From: an uncultured Methanosarcinales archaeon
GTDB lineage: Archaea; Nanobdellota; Nanobdellia; Woesearchaeales; DSVV01
Reading direction: 5' to 3'
Length of the DNA: 55,861 bases
NCBI GenBank assembly: GCA_964593285.1
Contig: CAZQHZ010000009.1
Coordinates: 1-55,861 of the forward strand
Numbering within the stretch: the first letter of the stretch is position 1; each line of letters starts with the position of its first letter. Of this stretch, positions 1 to 7,963 are shown piece after piece. The notes under the pieces are model-generated. The model saw only the letters and a program-made list of their open reading frames with translations. It searched no databases and had not been told where the DNA came from. The position numbers were made by a program, and so were the translations under genes.

Positions 1-158
1 ATTTATTGTATGTATTTAATTATCATTTTTAAATTTTGTTAAAAAATTATTTCCTTAAAAAAGTATGCAAATAAATAACTAAATGAATAAATAAATATAA
101 AGAGAATATAAAACAAATAAAGAGATAATAAAATTTAAAACAACTAAATATTTTTTTA

Positions 159-1319
159 TTATAACAAGTACAACAAATAAGGAAGTGCAATAAAAGTTCC
201 AATAGAACTACCTAAATTTGCAAATACAACAACTAAAAGGATCTTTGTAAATCTATTTGATACAAATCCTTTAACTGTAGTAATATCATTTTTAATATTA
301 TCTAAATCTTTTACACGAGGACCTTTTATAGTTGCTTCAACTAATCCTGCAACCCACCCTGCAGCAATCATTGGATTTAATGAAGTAAAAGGTGCTGCAA
401 TAAATGCCGACAATATAGTTAAAGGATGTGCAAAAACAATTAAACAGCCAAGTGCAGACAAAGTACCATTTATCAAAAACCACATAAGTAATAAATTGAA
501 AGTAAATTCAGTACCTGATGTAAAAAAACCATATATAATAATTGATAAAAATAAAACTGGAATAGCATAACTAATTATTTTTAAAAAAGGTTTTTTTGGT
601 TTAATTTTTTGAATTAAATCTAAATTTGTTTTCTTTTTTTCATTTAATTGTTTAATAACACCTTGCATATGCCCAGCTCCTAAAACAACAACCATTTTTT
701 TTGCATTAGAGTCTAAAATTTTTGTTGTTATATAAGAATCTCGCTCATCGATTAGAATTTGTTTAATTTTTGGAAAATTTTTTGCTAATTCAGCCATCAT
801 TTCATTTATTATATTTTTATTTTTCATTTCTTCAATTTTTTTTTCATCAATTTCTTCCTTAATAAACATACTACTAAAAAGAGCAATAATCAATTTTAAT
901 TTATCAAAAAAATAAAGATATGACCATGCACGCTTTAATGTAATTTGAACATCTCTATCTAAAAGTTCTACATCAATTTTTTCTTTTTTTGAAATATTTA
1001 TAGCTTCAATCATTTCAGCTCCAGGTTCAATCCCCATTCTATCAGCTGTTTTTTTTTGAAAACTAGACAATAATAGATTTGATAAAAGTAAAAAAGCTTT
1101 TTTTTCTTTTATTACTTTAACAATTTTCATTTTTTGCCAAGAAGTTTTATCTTTTAAAATAGCAAAACGTTGCTTGCAAAGTTCAACACCAACAGAATCT
1201 GGTTTTTCTTTTTCAATAACTTCTTTTACTAATTCTTTACTTTTTTTAGAAACATGAGCTGTTCCAACAAGAATTATTTCTCTATTATCAATAAAAATTC
1301 TTTTAATATCTTTTTGCAT
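159..1319 (-). CDS. TraB/PrgY (pheromone shutdown) family protein with C-terminal membrane segments
   Basis: GTAHVS, VGVELC, GAEM, DRDVQITLKRAW, LIDERD, VVLGAGH motifs; hydrophobic C-terminal third. Confidence 0.9.
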   Translation of the reverse strand: MQKDIKRIFIDNREIILVGTAHVSKKSKELVKEVIEKEKPDSVGVELCKQRFAILKDKTSWQKMKIVKVIKEKKAFLLLSNLLLSSFQKKTADRMGIEPGAEMIEAINISKKEKIDVELLDRDVQITLKRAWSYLYFFDKLKLIIALFSSMFIKEEIDEKKIEEMKNKNIINEMMAELAKNFPKIKQILIDERDSYITTKILDSNAKKMVVVLGAGHMQGVIKQLNEKKKTNLDLIQKIKPKKPFLKIISYAIPVLFLSIIIYGFFTSGTEFTFNLLLMWFLINGTLSALGCLIVFAHPLTILSAFIAAPFTSLNPMIAAGWVAGLVEATIKGPRVKDLDNIKNDITTVKGFVSNRFTKILLVVVFANLGSSIGTFIALPYLLYLL

Positions 1320-1449
1320 AAATTAAAAATTTTTAGATAATTTATAAAGATTATCATATTTTGTACTATATATTAGTTAAAAATATTAGTTAAAAAAAAT
1401 TAAAACTAATATAACTAAACTCTAAAAATTTATGAATCACGCATTAAAG

Positions 1450-1938
1450 TTAATAAAACATAGAAATTTTATAAAAAATATAAACTAACAAAAATATAAA
1501 AAAGATTAAAATTATTACTGATTGAATGTTTTGATATCTTGAAAATTTTATATTTTTTGTTTGTATCTCTTTTGTTTTTTTAAAAACATCTGAAGCTTTA
1601 ATTATACCCATAACTCTTTTATTTTCCATAACAGGTAAATGTCTTATATCTTCTTCTTGCATAACATTTGTAACTTCAGAAATGTCAGTATTTAAATCAA
1701 CAGAGATTAAATCATCAGTCATTACTTTTGTCAACTTAATAGTTGAAATATTTTTTATTTTAGATGCAATTGCTTTTAATATATCACGCTCAGTTATAAT
1801 TCCAACAGCTTTATTTTTTTGAGTAATTATAATATAATCGGCTTTTGTTTTAAGCATTATATCTAAAGCTCCCTTAAAGCCTTTATTAATATCCATTGAA
1901 ATAACATTTTCATTCATAATATTTATTGCTCGATTCAT
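1450..1938 (-). CDS. CBS-pair protein with C-terminal transmembrane anchor
   Basis: GIITERDI and IRHLPV...GII CBS motifs; terminal IILIFFIFLLVYIFY helix. Confidence 0.85.
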   Translation of the reverse strand: MNRAINIMNENVISMDINKGFKGALDIMLKTKADYIIITQKNKAVGIITERDILKAIASKIKNISTIKLTKVMTDDLISVDLNTDISEVTNVMQEEDIRHLPVMENKRVMGIIKASDVFKKTKEIQTKNIKFSRYQNIQSVIILIFFIFLLVYIFYKISMFY

Positions 1939-2085
1939 ATAATTAATAAATTATTACAAAAACTTTATAAAACTTTTTTTTCATTAATAAATAGTCAAAA
2001 TTAAAATATTTCCAATAAAAATAAAAAAATACCACCTTTTTTACAAATAAATTTATTAATACAAACATAACTATAATTACAAAAA

Positions 2086-3102
2086 ATGAAAGTAGTCAAA
2101 AATAATATAAAATTAGCATTGTTATTATTAATAATAGCTGTTTTTTTAAGTTCATGTAATATGAATAGTTATTCTACAGGGTTCAATTTAATTGCATATG
2201 AAAATAATTTAGAACCAAAAGCCTATTATTGTCCAAAGGATGATTGTATGCAAGTTTTTATTAATAATATAAATTCTGCAAATGAAACAATACATTGTGC
2301 ATTTTATGATCTACAACTAAAAAAATTAATCAACGCCTTTAGCAATACAACAATTAATACGCAAATAATAATTGATAGTGAATATTATAAAAAAAATGAA
2401 GAATTATATAACGACATAAACCACTTAATAAAACCTTACTATTCTAATAGTTATATGCACCATAAATTTTGTGTAATTGATGAAAAAATAACGATTACTG
2501 GTAGTTTTAATCCAACCAATAGAGGAAATTATTATAATAACAACAATATTGTAGTTGTTTATTCAGAATATATTGCTAAAAATTATATAAATGAATTCAA
2601 AAATTTGTGGCACAATAAAAAGAAAAGAATTAAGACACCTCATCCAATAGTTTATTTAAATAACAACAAGATTGAAAACCATTTTTGTCCAGATGAATGT
2701 TATTCAAAAATTTATACAAATTTAATAAATAATGCAAACAAAAACATTTATTTTATGACATTTAGTTTCACAAGAGATGATATTGGTGATAGTTTGATAA
2801 ATGCACATACTAATAATTTAACTATAAAGGGAGTTTTTGAAAAAAGCCAAAATAATAAGTGGCTAGAATATTCAAAATTAAAAGATGCAGGGCTTGATGT
2901 TAGATGGGATAAAAATCCAAAAAATATGCATCATAAAGTATTTATAATTGATAATGAAATAACAATTACAGGATCAACCAACCCTAGCAATAATGGATTT
3001 ACTAGAAATCAAGAAAATATAATTATATTTTATAATAAAAATTTAACTTCTAAATATTTTAAAGAATTTGAATATATATACCATAATTTAACAGAAAAAT
3101 AA
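2086..3102 (+). CDS. Phospholipase D/Nuc-like lipoprotein with two HKD motifs
   Basis: MHHKFCVID...TGSFN and MHHKVFIID...TGSTN; signal peptide with lipobox-like FLSSC. Confidence 0.9.
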   Translation: MKVVKNNIKLALLLLIIAVFLSSCNMNSYSTGFNLIAYENNLEPKAYYCPKDDCMQVFINNINSANETIHCAFYDLQLKKLINAFSNTTINTQIIIDSEYYKKNEELYNDINHLIKPYYSNSYMHHKFCVIDEKITITGSFNPTNRGNYYNNNNIVVVYSEYIAKNYINEFKNLWHNKKKRIKTPHPIVYLNNNKIENHFCPDECYSKIYTNLINNANKNIYFMTFSFTRDDIGDSLINAHTNNLTIKGVFEKSQNNKWLEYSKLKDAGLDVRWDKNPKNMHHKVFIIDNEITITGSTNPSNNGFTRNQENIIIFYNKNLTSKYFKEFEYIYHNLTEK

Positions 3103-3118
3103 ATAAATAATAAAAAAA

Positions 3119-3292
3119 TTATTTATTAAAAGCTTCAGAAATTGTTTTACCAGTTATTGATAAAGTTTTACTTTCCTTTGTTTCTAATTCACTAGCATTT
3201 GAAAAACCTGATAAATCTTATGCGTTTTTTGCATCATCTGGTAAATTTATATCAAACTTTTGATTAAAATTTGATAATTCGTAATTTTTATA
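3119..3292 (-). pseudogene. Probable 3' remnant of a lipoprotein-type gene
   Basis: Hand translation: YKNYELSNFNQKFDINLPDDAKNA*DLSGFSNASELETKESKTLSITGKTISEAFNK*; coding-like composition, internal TAA at 3218-3220, no start codon. Confidence 0.4.
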
Positions 3293-3412
3293 TCAAAATT
3301 TACTTTAACTATTATATACTTTTAATTATTATATGAATAAATATGAATAATAATTTCTATTAAGTGATAAATTGTTAATCTAAAACAACAAAATATATTT
3401 TAAAAACACAAT

Positions 3413-3450
3413 AAATTTATATATATGTTAGCATATTATGTTAAACATAA
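3413..3450 (+). promoter_or_regulatory. TATA-like box followed by two palindromic candidate operator sites
   Basis: AAATTTATATAT, then near-palindrome TATGTTAGCATA (3424-3435) and palindrome TTATGTT-A-AACATAA (3436-3450); SD GGGGTGA at 3479-3485 before the REC gene. Confidence 0.4.
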
Positions 3451-3492
3451 TTGTATATTTTTTAAAATTAAAAAAATAGGGGTGAACTATAA

Positions 3493-3900
3493 ATGAATAA
3501 AACAAAAAAACAAAACATATTAGTAGTTGATGATGAGCCACATATTGTAAATCTTGTTAAGCTAAGTCTTAATAAAGAAGCTTTTAATGTAAAAGGGGTT
3601 TATTCTGCAAGAGAAGCACTTGAAAATATAAAAACAAATTCACCAGATTTATTAATAGTTGATATAATGATGCCTGGAGTTAATGGTTATGAATTATGCA
3701 AAGAAATTAGAACAAATACCATAACACAAAATATTCCAATAATAATTCTTTCAGCAAAAACACAGCTAAATGATAAATTACAAGCAATTGATGTTGGTGC
3801 AGATGATTATTTAACAAAGCCATTTGATCCAATAGAACTTGAACGAAGAGTTTATACAAATTTAAACAATAAAATTGAAAATTTAAAACAGGTGGTTTAA
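3493..3900 (+). CDS. Stand-alone response regulator receiver (REC)
   Basis: ILVVDDE, VDIMMP (phosphoacceptor Asp), LSAK, TKPF; SD GGGGTGA. Confidence 0.93.
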   Translation: MNKTKKQNILVVDDEPHIVNLVKLSLNKEAFNVKGVYSAREALENIKTNSPDLLIVDIMMPGVNGYELCKEIRTNTITQNIPIIILSAKTQLNDKLQAIDVGADDYLTKPFDPIELERRVYTNLNNKIENLKQVV

Positions 3901-4068
3901 ATGAATATTGAAAAAGAAATTATAGATGAATTAAATAAAGATAAAGATGTATACTCAAAAGAATTTGTAGATGAATTAATTGAAAATGATGAACTTGATG
4001 CAAAAGATGGGGCCTTTATGACTGGTTATCTTAGAGATGAATCAACAAAAGAAGATACAGAAATTTAA
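3901..4068 (+). CDS. Small acidic protein, 55 aa, not in the ORF track
   Basis: MNIEKEIIDELNKDKDVYSKEFVDELIENDELDAKDGAFMTGYLRDESTKEDTEI; ATG abuts the upstream TAA; SD GGTGGT. Confidence 0.75.
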   Translation: MNIEKEIIDELNKDKDVYSKEFVDELIENDELDAKDGAFMTGYLRDESTKEDTEI

Positions 4069-4092
4069 TTTATTTTTTATTACAATAACAAA

Positions 4093-5118
4093 ATGAAAGA
4101 ACTAAACAAAGATATTAAAGAAAAAATAATAAAATATTTGAAAACTAAAAAAATTGGTGCATCTGCAAATGATATTTCAAAAAAAATAAACCATAATAGA
4201 ATTACAGTAACAAAATATTTAGAAATTTTAAATGCAACAAACAAAATTTCATTTCAGGAAGTTGCACAAGCAAAATTATGGAAATTAAATGAAGAAAACA
4301 ACAATCCAAAAATATTGATAATTGATGATGAACCAAATGTTGTTGAGTTAATTACACTAAGTTTAATTTCATCAAAATATCAAATAAATAAAGCATATTC
4401 TGGATATGAAGGATTAAAAAAAGCAAAATCACTAATACCAGATTTAATTATTTTAGATTTAATGATGCCAACAATGGATGGTTTTCAAGTTTGTGAAGAA
4501 TTAAAAAAAGATATAACAACAAAAAACATTCCAATAATAATACTATCAGCAAAATATCAAACAAGTGACAAATTACTTGGACTTAAAAAAGGAGCCAACG
4601 ATTACATAACAAAACCCTTTGACCCTATGGAACTTGAAGCAAGAGTTAATTCATTAATTAGAAGAGTAAATAAAGATATTGATACAAACCCAATAACAAA
4701 ACTACCAGGAATTGAAAGTTTAAAAAATAAAATTGAAGAAAAAATAAATAATGATAAAACATTTAATATATTTAAAATAGAAATAATTAATTTAGAAAAA
4801 TATAAACAAAAATATGGTTATAGAAAAATACAAGATTTATTTATAATATTATCAAGAGTTTTTTTAAAAAAAATAAATGTAACAAATTCAAACATTTACC
4901 ATATACCAAACGATAATTTTATAGTTATATCAAAAGATGAAAAAATTGATTTAATCATAAATGAAGCATTTAATGAAATAATACCATACTTAACAAACAA
5001 TAATGATAAAAATATTAGCAAACATGATAAAAATGAAGTTATAAAATTAAAAATTAACAAAATAAATTTAAAAGAAAAAAATATTAAAACAATTTACAAA
5101 TTGCTAAAAATTGATTAA
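4093..5118 (+). CDS. HTH-REC-degenerate GGDEF response regulator
   Basis: N-terminal HTH (SANDISKKINHNRITVTKYLEIL); REC (IIDDE, LDLMMP, TKPF); GGDEF-like tail (DTNPITKLPG, YKQKYGY, HIPNDNF in place of GGDEF). Confidence 0.8.
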   Translation: MKELNKDIKEKIIKYLKTKKIGASANDISKKINHNRITVTKYLEILNATNKISFQEVAQAKLWKLNEENNNPKILIIDDEPNVVELITLSLISSKYQINKAYSGYEGLKKAKSLIPDLIILDLMMPTMDGFQVCEELKKDITTKNIPIIILSAKYQTSDKLLGLKKGANDYITKPFDPMELEARVNSLIRRVNKDIDTNPITKLPGIESLKNKIEEKINNDKTFNIFKIEIINLEKYKQKYGYRKIQDLFIILSRVFLKKINVTNSNIYHIPNDNFIVISKDEKIDLIINEAFNEIIPYLTNNNDKNISKHDKNEVIKLKINKINLKEKNIKTIYKLLKID

Positions 5119-5179
5119 AATATAAAAATATTTTTATATTATATTAATTTTTTATAAAATAAGGTGGAGGTTTTTTATA

Positions 5180-5359
5180 ATGGAAGGACTTTTTAATTCA
5201 ATTAACATAATAGTATTTTTTTTAACCAGTTATCTTTGCTATTTAATTTACAAAAATTATAAAATTAATAGTAAAACTAAAAAAAAAACATATGAAGACT
5301 ATTATTCAGAAATTTTAAATTCAAATGCACATAAAGTTAAAGGCAAATTTGAATCATAA
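5180..5359 (+). CDS. Small single-TM membrane protein, 59 aa, not in the ORF track
   Basis: MEGLFNSINIIVFFLTSYLCYLIYKNYKINSKTKKKTYEDYYSEILNSNAHKVKGKFES; strong SD GGTGGAGG at 5163-5170. Confidence 0.7.
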   Translation: MEGLFNSINIIVFFLTSYLCYLIYKNYKINSKTKKKTYEDYYSEILNSNAHKVKGKFES

Positions 5360-5399
5360 ATAATTTAAAATTTTTTTCAAAAATTTAGGGGGAAATATT

Positions 5400-7058
5400 A
5401 TGTCTTTTAGTATTAAAACTAAAATAGTTTTTTTTACATTTATTATTTCATTTATAGTCTCCTTTGCAATTGTTTTTTTTTGGGAAATTGGACATAATTA
5501 TTTTAATTTTACAAATTTTAATCAAGTTCTTTTTTTTTTCTTTTTAATACTATTTAGCCTGGTTTTTTTACTATCTATTCTTTTTTCATACTCCATTTTA
5601 AAACCAATCAAAAATATAATGATTGCAACACAAATAATATCTTCTGGTAGATATGACCATAAATTAAAAAATAAATCAAATGATGAATTTGGAAAATTAT
5701 CTAATGCATTTAATTCAATGACGCAAAGATTAAAACAAACTGTTGATCAAAAAACACACTTTAGTAACATTGCAGCACAAGAGAAATGTAAATCAAATTT
5801 AATTATAGATTCAATGGCTGAAAGCGTTATTGTTGCAGATGATAATTATAAAATATTAATAATAAATTCTGCTGCAGAAGAATTATTTGAAATAAATGGA
5901 ACAGATGTTATAAATATGCATTTAATACATTTTTTTAGAAAATTTGGTATGACTGATATTATTGAAAAATATCCAACAATCGATAAACAGCAAATCTTAC
6001 CCATGCGTAATCCAAATCCAACAATCATTGAATCAATTATGCAAAGACCAAAAAACAAAATATTAAAATTTACAATAGCCCCAGTTTTAAATGAAAAAAA
6101 ATTTTCTGTTGGAAGCGTTGCAATAATTCAAGATATAACTAAATTAAAAGAAATTGATAGAATGAAAAGTGATTTTATAAGTATAGTATCTCATGAATTA
6201 AGAACTCCTCTAACAAGCATTTTAGGATACACTTCACTAATTCTTACAGAAAAAATGGGCAAAATTAATGAAAAACAAAAAAAATCCCTTGAAATTATAG
6301 ATAGAGAAAGTAAAAGATTATCATATTTAGTTGAAGATATTTTAGATTTATCAAAGCTTGAATCAGGTAAAATAAAATTAAAAATTGAAAAAATCAATTT
6401 ACTTGATATCTTAAAATCAAATTCGGGCTTAACATTTGCAAAAAAAAAAAATATAGAAGTTGAAATAATGAAAAATCTAGAAGATATTTATGTATATGCA
6501 GACAAAAATAAAATCTCACAAGTATTTACAAATTTAATAACAAACTCAGTTAAATTTAGTAGAAAAAATACAAAAATTACAATTAAATTTACAAAAAAAA
6601 AAGATTTTATTCAAATTGACATTATTGATACTGGAATTGGAATTAAAAAGGATGATATTATTAAATTATTTAATAGATTTTATCAAGTACAAAACCATTT
6701 AACACGCCAGCAACAAACAGGAACTGGTCTTGGACTTGCAATTGTCAAAGAAATTATTTATCTACATTGTGGTATTATATCAATAGTTAGTAAATACAAA
6801 AAAGGAACAACATTTAGTTTTACACTGCCAACGTTTAAATTTAAACAAAAACAAATAGAAAAAAAATGTTTTGAAATTTTTAAATGTAATAAAAAAAAAT
6901 GCTTATCACATGAAAGTATAGATGATCGATGTTGGCTTCAACCAGCAACACTATCAAAAAAAAAATCAATGAAACCCTGTTTTGATAAAATAAATTTATG
7001 TAAATATTGTGAAATTTATAAAAATTCATTCGAAAAAATTGAGGAAGATGAAAAATGA
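5400..7058 (+). CDS. Membrane histidine kinase (2TM-HAMP-PAS-HisKA-HATPase) with Cys-rich C-terminal domain
   Basis: HAMP (DEFGKLSNAFNSM), H-box SHELRTPL, N-box NSVKF, DTGIG, GTGLGL; tail CFEIFKC..C..CW..C..CKYC. Confidence 0.93.
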   Translation: MSFSIKTKIVFFTFIISFIVSFAIVFFWEIGHNYFNFTNFNQVLFFFFLILFSLVFLLSILFSYSILKPIKNIMIATQIISSGRYDHKLKNKSNDEFGKLSNAFNSMTQRLKQTVDQKTHFSNIAAQEKCKSNLIIDSMAESVIVADDNYKILIINSAAEELFEINGTDVINMHLIHFFRKFGMTDIIEKYPTIDKQQILPMRNPNPTIIESIMQRPKNKILKFTIAPVLNEKKFSVGSVAIIQDITKLKEIDRMKSDFISIVSHELRTPLTSILGYTSLILTEKMGKINEKQKKSLEIIDRESKRLSYLVEDILDLSKLESGKIKLKIEKINLLDILKSNSGLTFAKKKNIEVEIMKNLEDIYVYADKNKISQVFTNLITNSVKFSRKNTKITIKFTKKKDFIQIDIIDTGIGIKKDDIIKLFNRFYQVQNHLTRQQQTGTGLGLAIVKEIIYLHCGIISIVSKYKKGTTFSFTLPTFKFKQKQIEKKCFEIFKCNKKKCLSHESIDDRCWLQPATLSKKKSMKPCFDKINLCKYCEIYKNSFEKIEEDEK

Positions 7059-7420
7059 AAAAAAAAATTTTAATTGCAGAAGATGAACCAAACATAATTG
7101 AATTATTAAAAATCATTTTATCAGATTCATATGATTTATTCATTGCAAAAGATGGAAAAGAAACCCTAAAATTAATTAAAGAAAAAAAAATTGATTTAAT
7201 TTTATTAGATATAATGATGCCTTATTTTAATGGATATGAAATTTGTGAAAAAATAAAAAATGATAAAAATAAAAAACACATTAAAATTGTAATACTGAGT
7301 GCAAAAGGACAAGAAAAAGAAATTATAAAAGGTCTTCAATGTGGTGCAGATATTTATATTACAAAACCATTTGACCCAATAGAACTTGAAAATAAAATTT
7401 CAGATTTATTAAAAGAATAA
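7055..7420 (+). CDS. Stand-alone response regulator receiver (REC)
   Basis: AEDE, LDIMMP, LSAK, TKPF; ATGA overlap with the upstream kinase. Confidence 0.93.
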   Translation: MKKKILIAEDEPNIIELLKIILSDSYDLFIAKDGKETLKLIKEKKIDLILLDIMMPYFNGYEICEKIKNDKNKKHIKIVILSAKGQEKEIIKGLQCGADIYITKPFDPIELENKISDLLKE

Positions 7421-7429
7421 ATATAAAAA

Positions 7430-7963
7430 ATGAAAACAAAAAAACAAAAACAAAATAAATACAGAATAGATTATAAAAATATTTCAAAAAATTCATTTCA
7501 AGGAATTTTTCAATCAACAAAGTCTGGTAAATACCTTAATGTAAATTTAGAACTTGCAAAAATTTATGGATATAATTCAAAAAAAGAATTAATAGAATCA
7601 ATTAATAATATTAAAAATCAAATATATGTAAATCCAAAAAAAAGGGATGAATTTATTAAATTAATAAAAGAAAATGGAAAAGTAATAAATTTTGAATATG
7701 AAATTTATAAAAAAGATAAAAGAAAAATATGGGTCTAAGAAACAGAATTGCCTGGGTATAATAAAAATAAAAAATTTCTTTATTAGTAAAGATTTTATTT
7801 ACAAAAAAACAAAAAAAAAAAAAAAGAAAAAAAAATAAATCAAATTAATAAAAAAATAAAAGAATTAGATAATTTTAATAAAAATATAATTGATAGTATT
7901 TCCGATGAAGTAATTGTAATTGAACCATATACTAGACAAATAATTTATGCAAATAAACCAGTT
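7430..7963 (+). pseudogene. Disrupted 5' part (PAS domain) of the downstream sensor kinase
   Basis: Same frame as 7964..10564; stops TAA 7736-7738, TAG 7784-7786, TAA 7787-7789 fall at positions typical of the PAS/PAC consensus (IWV*E, FLY**); the second PAS N-terminus (NIIDSISDEVIVI...IIYANK) lies upstream of 7964. Confidence 0.7.
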
